From NCBI GenBank assembly GCA_051362555.1, contig CM120644.1, positions 9,866,954 through 9,930,953 on the forward strand: a DNA stretch of 64,000 bases. Reading direction: 5' to 3'. The DNA comes from Lingula anatina. Its lineage: Eukaryota; Animalia; Brachiopoda. A model generated the notes under the pieces. It searched no databases and was not told the DNA's origin. It saw nothing but the letters and a program-made list of their open reading frames with translations. The translations under genes and the position numbers were made by a program. This document shows, one piece after another, positions 13,207-27,900 of this stretch. The first letter of the stretch is position 1. The number at the start of each line of letters is the position of its first letter.

Positions 13207-13725
13207 TAACGCATGAATTTTCGTGCTAGTTTATCCTAAGCATTTTTGTCTAATACACATGCATATAACTCTTCTTGGGATAGTCCAAGAGCCCAAATTA
13301 AATTTGCTTGTTCATGCCCAGCTCTTTGTATATTATGTGACAAAGTTCGAGTGGCAATATTTGGGGACTAAAAATCAAGTGGACAACTTTTGGCTAGTTC
13401 TAGAAAATGGTTCTGCAAACCCATGCAGTCATGGTGTAACTATAACTCGAGTAACTTTTGGACTACTTTGCATGATACAGCTCAAAGTTTCAAACGGTTG
13501 GTTTATACACAGATATGTAGCTATCTACAGTAAATTTCAAGACTCTGACTTCATTAGTAAAAATCGTTTGTGGCCCAGTGCATAACTGTGTACCATAAAT
13601 TGCACTGGTGCGATGCAAATGGTCACAAAATGTGCCCTGTACCATAAGTTGCACTGGATAGCGTGGGTCTTTGTTTTTAGCTTTGCACTATTAGTGTTGC
13701 ATTAGGACGACGTAACACCGTTTAC

Positions 13726-14161
13726 CTTCTTAAGCTATGAACTTGACTTATCATATCATTTCATGAGTCACAATCAGCTGAACGAGTTACATGCACCCGT
13801 GCAACATTCCTGTGGAAACATATGCTTTCTACATCCGGTAACGTATGAAAATAGGACCGGATTTGATCAAATTTTGTATTCATTCTGTATACAAAAAATA
13901 AACAAAATACCACAAAGTCCAAAATATTTAAATAAATATACAAAATATAATGTTAATAATTAATTTTTAATCAATCAGTTTTGTATATATCAGCATAACA
14001 TATTTTTTCATTCCAGACAACAATCATTAGCACAGAGAAAGTGGGTCATGTGACGTAAACAAAGACACGTTGAAGTGACGGATGTTCAGTGAAAAGCTGT
14101 AGATTTCAGACGTCAAACAATCGTTGTCTCTCAGGTTTCCTCTTACAAGTCAACAGTCCAG
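13726..14161. promoter_or_regulatory. Probable bidirectional promoter between C7orf25 (-) and the alkaline ceramidase gene (+)
   Basis: Divergent splice donors at both ends (minus-strand AAG/GTAAAC ~13726; plus-strand CAG/GTAAGT at 14161/14162). Motif cluster GTCATGTGAC-GTAAACAA at 14045-14062. Confidence 0.45.
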
Positions 14162-15598
14162 GTAAGTAGGTGTCAGAGTATGTGACTAACGGATGTACAT
14201 CGTCTTTGGGCATGAATCTATTTATATTTTCAAATTTTCAGCCATTTTATCACCACAAAAAGCCCAATCGATAGTTGTTTTTTCAGTGATTTTGTCTTGG
14301 CAGTCATCCAAAACAATGGTCCTTTGTTGAAATTTGCTATGAAAATAATTTGAAAGCAATTACTTAAAAATGTCACATTTACACGCGCCGTGTCAGTTAG
14401 AAAAATACTGATTTCTGTCATTATATGGTTGTAAATCGTTCTGCATGTTAACTGTTTTTATGAAATTTAGTTGTATTTATTTTGAAAATAATTCTGTTAG
14501 AGTTAAAGTACATGTATCAGTGGTATTGATAGTCCAGTCATCCTGTCAGTTTATTCTGATGGTTATCAGTCATGTAGACCTTTGTGATATAAGTAAATTA
14601 AATATATTTCTGTTTCATTTATTTTATTTTCATTTATTTGATTTGATTTGATTGTTTTTTTTTTGTTTTTTTTTTTTTTTTTTTGTTTTTTTTTTGTTTT
14701 TTTTCATTCACAAAATTAATACAGTATGAAATTCTTGGTCAGAACTGACATTTATGATACTGGCATTTTGTTTAGTTGCTAATTATGTTAAGATATTTAA
14801 CATTGTATAGCTGCCTCATACATGAATCAACAGGTTCATATTCATTCTATGGGCAACATATGGCCCAAATGCATACAGAAATTTCATTATTAGGATGGGA
14901 GTGATATGCCACCAACTATTTATTATCTTAATGTCTTAATTAAACTGCCCCACACCTATGTCATTTGATTTTATCAGGATAATTATTTCAAATTGAAAGC
15001 ATGCTCCTTCAGTGTTATAAATGTTAAATGATAGTATAGTCCTCAGTTTACACATAATCTGCCCATTAATCTTTATCTCAGTTTTGCTATGATAATGAAC
15101 CAGCACTATCTGCATGTAGACAACCCACATTGACAGCAAGTGTTTTATCATTTTACCAAGTGTTACAAGTGCCTCCATTGTTTACTTGTCTAATTTTCTT
15201 TCAGTTATTATTATAATGTAATGTTTTTTTCTCCTGTATCACATTGAAAAATTAACAAGGTAGAAAATAACATTAGAGCCATTATTGATATTTAAATGAG
15301 TTGCAAAAGTGCCTCCATTGTTTTATGATTTTATTAATTTTATGAAAATTTAAACAAGATAAAGAAATAATATTCCAGATATTTATTATCTTTACTTAAA
15401 GTACTTTTTATCTTATTTTGCAGAAATAAAGATAGAAAGTACGTGTTATCAGGTACATTGGACCTTTAAGAGCCTATTATGTTCTTTATCACTATAAAAA
15501 CACCTGTGATTTGAGAACTGTCTCATTTCAGGACATAAAGAGAAGCTTCAGATACCTCATTGTGGTAGTTGTGCCAGTTGGTTGTGACAGTCAACACA

Positions 15599-16785
15599 AT
15601 GCATGAGTTTCAGAGGGGAAGTTCAGATGTTGACTGGTGTGAGGCCAACTATGACATAACCTCCTTCATAGCAGAGTTCTTCAACACAATCAGCAATGCT
15701 CTTTTCATTGTGGGCCCTCCATTGTTGATATATCTCTTCAGACATTACGCTAGACTGGTGAGTGCGTTTGGTGTGTCAGTGTTATAGAAAATGTGTTAGA
15801 TGTGACAGTGGCGTGCAATTGTTTAAATTGTATAAAGGCCCTCCACCTCAGTTTACTTATTTAATATTTGGATATTGTGTTAGGTATGACAGGGCAAGCT
15901 AGCTGGATAAGTGAGATGTGATATCTGTCAACTTTATCTTTCAGAGATGGATGATTTCACTGTAGTTGTTGTGATGCTGAATGTTTACTGCTCAAATAGT
16001 TCACTGGATGCTAACATCAGATTGCTGAAGCTTGTCACCTGTAAACAAACTGTGTCACAATCATTGTCACAAACCTGTCATACAATCAGAGGGCATAACG
16101 ATAACTGATACTTTGTCCACATTTGTTTTTTCAGGTGACATGGGAAGTGAACATAGTGTGGGGCTTGTTAGTGATAGTCGGCCTAGGCTCTGCGTACTTC
16201 CACGCCACTCTCAGCCTTGTGGGACAACTCCTAGATGAGATCGCCATTTTGTGGGTCTTGATGGCGGCCTTAGGGATGTGGTTTCCCAAACGCCTCTTGC
16301 CTCTGGTGTTCCAACACAGCCGTAGGAATTTCAAAGTCGCTCTCATGTGTTTTACTGCTCTAAGCTCAGGGTTAGCCTGTGTCATGCCAGAAGTAAATGC
16401 CTTTGTTCTCATGTTATTTGGCATCCCAGCTACTATGCTATTATGCACGGAGCTATGGAGGACCCAGTGTCGCAGGGTCCGCAGCCTTGGCATCCGCTGT
16501 GGCGTCCTCTGGCTCCTCGCAGTCACATGCTGGATCAACGATCGCATGTTCTGCGATGTGTGGTCCTCCCTGCATTTCCCATATCTCCATTGCGCATGGC
16601 ATATCCTTATCTTCATTGCATCGTACACCGCTTGTGTGCTGTTTGCGTATTTCGATGTCGTTGAAGAAATCCCAGAACAGATGCCTGTACTTAAGTACTG
16701 GCCTAAAAATCACTGGGATTTCTGGGGAGTGCCCTACATCACCCTGCTAAAACCAGTCACCAAGATCAAGCACAGTTCTATATAG
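15599..16785 (+). CDS. ACER2: Alkaline ceramidase (ACER1/2-like, CREST superfamily), 269 aa; exons 15599-15757 and 16135-16785
   Basis: Family motifs [28 protein letters not shown] and LHCAWH, with multiple TM helices. The phase-0 intron GTGAGT...TTTCAG joins the two ORFs in frame. Assignment to ACER2 rather than ACER1 is tentative. Confidence 0.92.
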
Positions 16786-17122
16786 GTGTATTACTTTAAT
16801 ATCTAAATTATGATAATATTTAAGAGACTGTCCTATTTATGAAACTGCAGATATGTATGCAGAATACTCTTATATCTGAACTAAGATATTTATAGAGTCT
16901 ATTTCTAAAGATACAGAAATGTATGCAGAGGAAAAAACTAGTCAAATATCATTAGGGAAGTTCAGTATTTCTACAACATTTACGCACTTCTTTCTATATT
17001 TCTCTACGTTCATGAAATCAAAACTGTTGCAAGCATGAGACTGATATATGGTTCTCAATATTTCTGCATAATTTGAAAAGTCCAGAAGCTGTTGCTCAAG
17101 TTGGAGTCTTAATACTTTCTAC

Positions 17123-17123
17123 A

Positions 17124-17169
<46 letters not shown>
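17123..17169. repeat. Compound (TG)n(AG)n microsatellite in the ACER 3' region
   Basis: Directly visible. Confidence 0.9.
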
Positions 17170-18932
17170 TTGTATAGTTGAGAAAATTTTCACGCAAGAT
17201 TAATGCATAAGAAATGCTGTTTAGAGCTGAGTGAACAAAGTGGTTAATTTGCAATGAGTGGAATTATAAGTATGCTATATATTGTTTGCCATATTTACCA
17301 ACTGCTCAATTGTTTTGGGAGTTCATTGTGGATTTGTTTTGCCAAATGTCTTCTTTAGTGTTTTGTTACATAGTTTACTGGTGGAAGAAAAGATTTAAAA
17401 CATTGTACTGGCAAAAACAGAAAACAGCTGCATGTGTATTAACTATATGAACATATAATAAGGAGATTGAAGACACTAAAAACAGCCATTTACAGAAGGT
17501 AATATATTTAAAGAAGTTATCATATATAAAAAACTAAAGTCATTCATGCAAGCATGCAATTTTCACTAAGTTTTCAAAAGAAACATCATAGTACATGACT
17601 AAAACAAAAAGTAACTACTGGTTTTGAGAAGGTGGAGAGAAAAAGTAGTAAGATATGGGAATTGAGACTAAGGTGTGATGGAAAAAAATTCTACAAATCC
17701 TGGATTTTAAAGAATCTCCAGTTTTTCACCAATATCTCAAGCCGTCTTTTTTTCTGTGAACTTCATGCACAAAAAGAATTTTCATTCACTTGTATTCAGT
17801 TTTGTGTCATTGTATATTATATCAGCAACTTATTGTGAAACATTGAATTATTTTCTCTTGTGATATTTTGTTCTATATTTTAAGAGAATTAATGTTAGCA
17901 TTCTTTTTCATTATACGCAGTAACCATTTAACTATTTGGACTATTGATCTTTTTACCTATATGCTAGTGCCTAGATATATAATCCTGTGCTTATATTATC
18001 CCCTTTAAATTATTATAAGTATTATAGTCCAAAGGTTGTTGACAGGTTTACGCTCATCGTTCATTATTTATTTGTATTTAATATTAATCTATATACTATA
18101 TAATCTATATACATGAAGTAAGCATAATATGTTTGAGTTTCCACTAAATTTTTCTCATATTATCTACAGCATTTTCAGGGAAAATGAGTAGTTACCAAGT
18201 CTAGAAATTATTTATAATATTTGTCAGTGACAAGCTGAAACCATAAAATCAACTGAAATTTGTCACTATTTAAGGAACAAAGTTCTACTGGAATATTTAT
18301 GAAATAATTTATTCTAACAATAAATATTATTCTTTAATTGCTAAAATCACTTGTCAGTTTTGTGTTATTTCTTTCCTGACTGAAAAAAAAACTGCACTGA
18401 GATCTGTCTGTCAATAGTAATCAATTTGAAACACCAACAGGAAAATTCTCCAAAGGGTGTGACTCTATTAACTACAATTTAAAGAAATATTGGGGGAAAT
18501 TGTGCCAAGGTTCAAATATTAAAGACTTGCCAAAAACTGAAAGATACGCAGTAAATATTAATAATACATCTTGTCAACTCCAGTACTTTGCTTTAAACAG
18601 AATCTATCACTTCCACTTGCTACATGTTATGAAATCAACATTTATTTCAAATACTCTATTAAAGATTTTCTAATTTTTGATTGCAATTTGAAATAAATTT
18701 ATTAAAGAGAAAAGAATTCATTATTATTATTTTTTTAATTTAGCAAGTAATTACCAACAATCAGTTTTAAAACAGCATTCCCATCACAATATTCCACTGA
18801 ACTCTGAAAAATCTTCCCATCACAAGGTTATATCCCAATTATCACATATCACAGTTATCACAATATTCCACTGAACTCTCCCAGTATCTTCTCATTACAA
18901 GGCTATATCCAAATTATCACATATCACAGTTA

Positions 18933-21900
18933 TCACAATATTCCACTAAACTCGGCCAGTACCTTGTCATCACAGGGGTCTATCCCTGTCAGCACGTATG
19001 TATCAGTCTGTAGAAGCAAGCACACAGTTCTTAATGCTGTCCTCCATGACTCAACTTTACTCTGGTAGTCATCCAGTACTGGTAATACCATGGCTGTGAC
19101 ATCACTGGTAGTGCTTGTGACATCACTGTTTTTTGTGACATCACTGTGCGTGGTTGTGACATCACTGTTTGTTGTGATATCCCTGTCAGAGCCTGTGACA
19201 TCAATGTTTTCTGTGATATCACTGTTTGTGGCAGTGACATCACTGTTTTTAGTGATATCACTGTGTGTAGTTGTAACACCACTGTTTTCTGTAATATCAC
19301 TGTTTTTGGTTTTGTCTTCAATATCTGATGCTGTGACATAACACTGTGAACCAATAGTTTGTCTGAACTTAGAAAATGATGCATCACTGTCTGTGATATC
19401 ACCAGCTGTAGGATCACACAGAGTTGGAAAACTGTTCCTTGAAACGATGTCCTTAAACCTGAGAAAGGATTTGGCCAAGGATTGATACACTGCAGGAATA
19501 TATACAGCATCACCTGAATATTCCTGTTCATTTGACCTTACCTCATCTGCAAAGATAAAAAATAACTGTAATTTATAGTAAAACTTAACTAAATTACAAA
19601 TATAAATAGTAATTTAGATATATAATCACAAATATAAATTACAATTCATATTTCTCATTTATTACATCAAATACAACAATTGGAAGGTTAAAAGATAAAT
19701 AATTATAAAACAGTTTGTACTAAATCAAATTACTTGGGCTTTATCACATTGTGAAAAAAAACCCTACAACATAATACTACCTCTTTGCTATAGTCATAAT
19801 GTAAACACCAAGTTTAGGCTTAAACAGACTACCACAGGTAAGCACCATTCATAATTAATAAAATAAATTACAACAAATTACTTTAAATTTTTAACAAAAA
19901 ATTCAATAATAAGTAATAGTCAAGAGGATCAAATTAAAATAGTTTATACACTGTTAATCTCATCCACTCACCTGCTAGCTGTCTGAGGTGCTGCCTACAC
20001 CAAGCCTCTGTCTCCCCTCCTCCAGGTAACACTAACCCACTCTGTACAACAGAGGCCAGCCTGCGGAGACAGTGCCAGAACTGTTCCTCTGCCAGGTGGA
20101 CCACAGAGCCTGCTGGGTGACACAGTATGGCAGTCTACAATGTGGAGATGAATGGGTTATGGTTATGGAGAGGAAGTTATGAGATAGTTTAGTCAGAATA
20201 GTTTAGTATTAGAATGTGCTCACTGTGTGCCTGGGTATGAATATTTAAGACTATTATATAAATATCAATAGTTGTGTTAGATGAGTCAATTTAAGTGAAA
20301 CCATATTTTTAATTTTTGATTGGAAAACAAATTTTATCTGAAAAGAAAATTATTACAGAAATGTCTAGCTAGGTATATATATAAGTAGACAAGTCTAGAT
20401 GTGACAAAATTTAAAATTGCGTTTGCAATGTGTTAGGTGTGACAGGTTAGAAACTATTACCTGGCTGAGTCCACTGTGTTTGACCACCACATGCTGTCCA
20501 GCCAGACCACTGGTCACTCTGTATAACCAGTCTTCTGACCACGGAGCGACTGTGACATCATGTACCACATGATCCTAGAAATAATATAATCTGATGTTGA
20601 TTTTTTAACATGATGTGAATTTTAAGAAAAAAAATATATTACACTTAAACTGCAGAACACAATCACATGCCTTAACATCTATGCCATTGGAAACAAACAC
20701 TACGCCATCTGACAAATCTAGGACCTCACTACAGTGTGTGGAACTTATGAAGAAAGAAATGTGCCATATGTGCCCCCCTCCCCCCATAACTCCTAACTCC
20801 AATCTACCTATGACACCTGCATGCATATTCAACATTAAAAACTAGAGGATCAGAGAGGCGATACCGCCTGTGGATATTGTACCACCAGCTGGAGTAAGCG
20901 CATTCGTATGGCCCCCCCCCCCAAAAAAAAAAAAAAAAAAAAATTGAACACCACCACCAGTCTTGTGTTTGACAAGCTCTATAAAATGCAATAAACAAGA
21001 GTTCTCAAAATATGCAACAAGAAAAAAAAATCGAAAAAACATAACAGTTAAAATGGTCCAATCAAGGAGATGTTCAAATTGACCTGTATTTTCCTAACAC
21101 TGATCACTCCTGTGATTTTCAAGACAATAGGCCTATTGGTTTTCCTTGAAATGCATTATCAGTATTGCATATACCGGTATGCTGACAAAAGAGAAAACCT
21201 AGGGACAACACTGGGCAGATCTCTGCTAGTTTTGAAGATATGAAGAGCAAGAAAATATGAAGAGTTCAGTTTGTGGTAAAAAAAGTAGGTCAAAGGTCAA
21301 TTTCAAGGTCACAGCATATGACTTCCTGTATAAGTTCAATAGTAGCTATGGGCATTTCTTTGCCGATGTTGGAGATATGAAGGCCAGGAAACATGCAAAG
21401 TGCAGTTCATCATAAATAGTAGGTCAAAGGTCAATTTCAAGGTCACAGTAAGATTGCCAGTATATGACTTCCTATTCAAGTTCAATAGTAACTTTGGACC
21501 TATCTCTGCCAGTTTTCGAGATATAAGGGATAGAAAATATGCAAAGTTCAGTTCGTGTTGAAAAGTACGTCAAAGGTCAATTTCAAGGTCACAATAAGAA
21601 TGCCAGTGTATGACTTCCTATTCAAGTTTAACAGTAACTATGGGTGTATCTCTGCCAGTTTTGGAGATATAAGGGCTGGGAAATTTGCAAAGTTCAGTTC
21701 ATGGTGAAAAGTAGGTCAAAGGTCAATTTAAAGGTCACAGTTAGATTACTTGTATATAACTTCCTATTCAAGTTCAATAGTAACTATGGGCGTATCTATG
21801 CCAGTTTTGGAGACATAAAGATCAGAAAACTTCAAAGTGCAGTTCATCATGAAAAGTAGGTCAAAGGTCAATTTCAAGGTCACAGTTAGATCACCAGTAT

Positions 21901-24900
21901 ATGACTTCCTATTGAAGTTCAATAGTAACTATGGGCATATCTCTGCTAATTTTGGAATATTTTACATTTTCCCCACTGAATATTGCAATGTTGTAATTTT
22001 TGATATAGCGCAATGCCTAAACCATATCGAAAACAAAAAAATGGACATCACCCCCAGTATTGCACTTGACGTACAAGTTCTACAAAATGCGATGAACAAA
22101 AGGTCTCTGGCATTTACCATTCCAGAATAAAAGCAAGTTTTCAGTTTCGGTATCTAATGGCTGCTTCTCCCGTGAAATTGCACCGATTGACCCATAACTC
22201 GCAAAGATGAAAGGAGTCCCCAATTGTAACCTCTCACTATAACAGGAGAGCTTAGATCTGTGTTGTTTCCAAAAAATAGCACAAACAAATATTTTTTGGC
22301 AGAAAATTCCCATTTTTAGAAAATTTTGGCTTGTTTGACCTTGAAAAAAAGGTCAAAAGTCAAATCCAATGGCATATTTGGAATCTCCACATATGCCTTT
22401 CGGTCAGACTTCTGTAGTAATTTTTCCCATAATTCCTTTGGATTGGGAGATATTTAGCCTTGAATTTTCAAAAATTTTGACAAGGGTGCATTTCAACAAG
22501 TGTCACGCCCAGGCCAATGCACTGACAGAGACAAAAAAACCAGGGTGTTCAAGTTGAGATTATATGTGACCTAAATCCAAGAGATGGGGACACAGGTCCT
22601 GGCGGTCTAGGAGGAGAAGCGGTAACGGTGACTTGTTTCCGGCGCCCGACTGCGGAGCCGCAGGAGCCGGCGGAGCCGCAGGAGCTGGCAGAGCTGTACG
22701 AGATGGGTCGGGACTAAAACCATGAGTACCGCCAACGTATACGCTGGTGGTACTAAAAAGGCATAAAATTAACAGAATTTTAATCCTGTTTTTAAAAATA
22801 TATAGTGGAATGATCTATCACTCACCAGTATATGTGCTCTACTTCAAGTGGGAGAACTAAACATTGTGACCATGATATCAATACACATATAAACTGAACT
22901 TCTTAATGTTTGACTACAACATATTAGGTAACTAATATAAATAAAATCCCACCCGAGTTCCCAGCAGCAGATGGGTCAGTTGGTCCACCGCAGCACTGGA
23001 GGTGATGGCTGCAAGCACCCTATATGGGACATGACTGAGGACAATGATGTTCTGTGTACCACACCAGTCTTGTATAGCCTCTGATACAACTCCCTGGACC
23101 AGTAGCAACTGAATACCAAGCTGGAAATGTAAATATTTATACCCACACATAAGGTTTTAACACCATGTGTGTTTCAAATAATGTGGTAACTTAAAGGTAT
23201 AGAATTATTATTGGCAGAAAGTAAGCAGCATTAACTTTCAAATATAACAAAGTTCGATAGATACCTTTTACAAAATTATCTCAAACACATTATCACAAAA
23301 AATAATAAATTAGGTGATATTGAGAAATTGAGTGCATCTAACACTACCATTACAGGCTACAAGGTGGAAGTAATTTTGGTAAGCTGACACATCAAACTCA
23401 GTTCCCTGTATAATTAAGCAACTGACTAAGCATTGCAGGAAATGGCCTCTGTTGGCTCACATCAACAACAGAATGTTACTTGAATTATCTTCATGTGTGT
23501 GGAAAAATGATGAACCCTAACCTTCACTGACAGATCTTCCAATTTTTTGTTTAGAACGAACCTGATTAAGTAAATCTTTAACTTCTCTAAACCAGTTATC
23601 GTCTTCCTCCCATGATGTCATATATTCCTGTGTAGACAGTACAGACTTTGCTATCACAGACTCCTTGAAGCCACGCTGTCTGTAGGAGGGGGTCACATCT
23701 CCCTGGATTAGCTGTTCATCAAGAAAAAGATCTGTGAATAAGGTGTGACAGGTAGAATATAGGTGTGTTTGGTGTAACATCTTTATAAATTCAAGTTGGT
23801 TAGCAAGTATGAGACATAATGTGGAAGGTAAGAAAAATAATGTGTCAGGTTTGGCAGAGTGCGACTACCTGAAAATAGATGAGTTACAAGAATGTTTCAA
23901 CATATGAATGTAACACAGTTATTTGGCAAACCCAAAAGGCACATATCTGTCCCCCTCATTCAATTTATCATTATTATATTTGATTAAGGGGGGGGCAATT
24001 ATTTTGTTGTTGTTTACCTATCACCCTGATTAGCAAAGAAATTATGTTTACTAACCAGTGTTCTCTTTCCTTCTTGTTGGGTTTCAACCACAAGTGGCAT
24101 GCTATCAGCTGTTGCCATGACAACCAGCCCTTCAACTACATACGAATTAGAAGCCAGGGGTCCTTCCAGTGCACAAGTATGGACATGGTCTAGCTGAATG
24201 CTGTAATTATAAATGATATGACATTGTATGTATATGATGCACACAATAACATTGTTTTCAGGCTTGGAAATATTAAATAAAGATTTAATATATTATGACA
24301 AAATTCACATTTATCTCTACAAATACAATAATGCATCTGAACCAATGTCTACCCTGATCACATGTAATTTATGTGTAATTTTTCACTTAAAAAATTTAAC
24401 ACTTCCAGTGAAAGTTTTTTCTTTTGATATTTGTTGAAAAACATTGCCAAACATGAAATTTTGCACATTTCAAAAAAAAAATTAGCACATTTCAGAAAAC
24501 AAAAAAATTCAGATGACATAACTGTTTTATAATGCAGTGTTACAGTATTTACTTCATTTCTGTACATGCCACACATCTAAGGACAACATTCCAGTCATTA
24601 CCTTCCTGCCTCTGCTCCTTTCATAGACAGAATCTTCATCTGATGATCAACTACTGCTGCTGCCTGCCTCATTCCATCCATAGCACCATGGCTTAAACAT
24701 TCAGCTAATTCTTCAAGAGACAGTGTCCACTTTGTAATTTCACTTACATTTCTGTTTGTTTCACTTTTGTTATTTGAATTTGTGCCTAATTTCACAGTTA
24801 TTTCTGTACTCTTGGAATCACTGGTGCCACCAGATTCATTTTTCAAGTTTAGACTAACTTTTGGATTAAAGCCATTTCCTGAGTCAATATGAGATTCATT

Positions 24901-27900
24901 TTTATAAGCCGAACTTGCATTAGTTATGCCAATGCTTATTGCGCTTTCACTTTCACAATCTACCTTCTTTTCAGGAACATTTTTGATTTGTTGTGTTGTT
25001 GTATTTGATTCAAGCCCAGATAAATGTCTGCTGCTAAAGCCAAGTTTTGATATCTTTGCTGATTGCTGCATTGTTGATTGTAACATCGTCGTGCTGAATT
25101 CTGCTGCAGTTTCTGGCGTCTTATAATGTCTGCTACTGTTGAACACATGTTTTGGTTTAAAGGATAATTTTTCTTTAACTTTAGCGTCAAACAAATCTCT
25201 TACGTCTGCCTTGTCATGTGTCTGTTTCGTATTTTCACTGAATTCAGTATCTTCACCTGTTTTAGGACCCGATTCAAAACTTATCCCTGAGTTAATATCA
25301 CTAAGCTTTCTTTGAGATTGCCTTGTCACAGTGTTTGTTTCACTATTTGACTGTAATGCTAAGCTATCCACAATGGACCTAGAACACACTGTCTCACCCA
25401 GAACTGTCTCACCTAACACATCCACACAGGTTTTTGTCTGGATTGTTGTGCTGTCTGCAATGGGACTGGGGCATATTGTTTCATTCATCTCTCTCTTATC
25501 TAACACACTTGTCTTGTTTTTCAAATGGATTTTCTTTTCTTCAAAATGGGTCTTTCCAGTCCTCCCATTCAATAAAGGTTCCGTTTTTGTCTTGTATTGG
25601 ATTTCATCAAAACAACTGTCAAATTCATCATCACTGTCCGTTAAATGACCTTGACATTCAGTGTCAGCCACATGACCTTCATATGATGAGTAATTAACAT
25701 CACCAGGAACCTCAACAGGCTTACTCTGACAATGAGAATAAACATTTACATCAGATGAGGCAAAATGGTCAAAGGCATCAAAGTTTGTAGGAACAGGATT
25801 CTCAAACACTGAACAGTTCTCCAGTCTATTTCGGCCATTTTCAATATTCTGACCAGGCAGTACCATGGAGGTCAGTAGTCTTGATGACCTGTCCAGTAAG
25901 TCCAGGGTCTCCTGGTCAATTGAAGGGGGTGCAGGTACTTGACCATCAGCAAAATACCAGCTGATGTCATTGGGGTCATCTTGGTCCACTGTACCCCTGT
26001 CCACTTTGTTGGTCAAATGGCCATCCTCTCTGTCAACTTTGCATGTAAAATGGTCATCAACTATCAGCGTATTTGCTGACTGACCACTTTGGTTTGTTCC
26101 TGTGTTATTCTCAGCACTATTACCAGACAATATTCCACAGTTTGTTAAACCATTCACATGCTCACATTTTTCTGGGAGCTCAGCTTTTTCTACCAAGACG
26201 TTTTCCTGGGAACAAACAGAAATCCCTTCTCTTTTCACTGCATTACATTCTTTCAGACTACACAAATGTCCATCTTTCTCCCATGCTGCTTTATCTTTGA
26301 TACTTGCTGAAACACACTGTTTCTGTCCTGCAGGATTATCCACTGTGTTGGCTATCATGGTGTCTATTTCCAGAGGGTGAGAATGACTGACATTGATACA
26401 CACTGGCTGCAGACTACTGATACAGGCTTCTAGGCCTTCCTGAAATCCTGAGACTATAGCTTGGATGGGAACACCCTGAAATAAAATGTGAGCATAAAAC
26501 ACATGAGTAACCTTGATCAAAGATGAAAGTGCAGGCATAACTTTACTATTATTCAAATTACTGCATGTACTAGGTGCAAGTGGTAAATTGGCATTTATGA
26601 ATAACTGTCAAGCATTAGCAAAACTTGTGTAACCCCTATTCATAACTAATATGCTTAGCCAATGAATTTAATGTGAAATGGGGTTAAACTATACAGCAAT
26701 ACAGACTTGCATCTACTTGTGTTTAACGCGTAAAAGTTTAACACAATATAAAAAACATCTCACCTGTTCCAGCAGCTCCTGTGCTGACTCAGCCCATAGT
26801 TTTATCATAACTAGCAGGGTCTTACAGCAACAACCATATGTCTTGTGGTGGTTCTGACAGGCATCATTGATGATGTGATATGCAGGGTGCTAAGACAAAA
26901 AAATAATTACAGAAAAGAGTTGTTAATTCATGTCATAAAAATTATAAGAAACAAAAGATATGCACGTGCTTGTGTCCTGCCAAAATAAATGCTTCTAAGA
27001 TCATGTTCATTATACTGACAGAATATTCTATTACCAGCACCCAAGTGAAAAAGAAGGAAGAAATTTTCCACTTTATTTAACATCAAAATTTAGTAGTACA
27101 AAAGTATCACTTTCTTACTGTAAAATAAACCTGCATTAATTATTAACCTTGCAAAATATACTTGTAACTTACATTTACTTCTAAGTTTTCCAAAATTTCA
27201 GCAGCACAGCTAGCAAAAACACTTCTCTCATCCTCAACCATGCACTTTACGCTGTCCAGCATAAAAATATTAAAAAATTTTCAAAATTTTGATAAAAGTA
27301 AATTACAGTCCATTTTTATGTCAGTGCCTAATTACATTTCTTCTTGCACATGGTGCATATGCAGTTTTATAAAAAAAAAATGCAGTAACATTTGTAAAGT
27401 TCTACACAAGCACATACTGGGTATGAATACAAAAGGACGGAAAAAAACAACATTCAATGGTTTTACAGGGATTTGATGCTTTATAAAAGGCCTACACATT
27501 TTGACCAACAAATGAATTATGTGTACTCACCTGATGCTATTTCCAAGCAAGGATTCAATTTTAGAACCTTTAGAAGGAAAGAAATTTTGCATAATGCATC
27601 AGTTTTAAAATACAACATATAATGACACAAAAAAATCAATTCTTAGTTTACTGTAAAATTTTTAGTGATTTTATTCATTTATATCACAACTGGTCATGCC
27701 AATGACATTACTTTATTCAAATAGTGTATTTCATTGTATGCAGCTGTACTGTATGCAGCTGAACCTTCTAGTATTCAAATTGTTGTTGCACTATTCAAAC
27801 CGATACAAGATTTTAGCAGAAACAAAACAAGTTCCAACACACATTTTCTATGCACTTACCAATGTAACACGCCACGCTGAGGGATGACATCTCTCGTCCA

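Noticed and set aside
16131-16750. Overlapping alternative-frame and antisense ORFs over ACER (also over BBS12 and the FN3 gene)
   Set aside because: They are shadows of real coding exons with no independent motifs.
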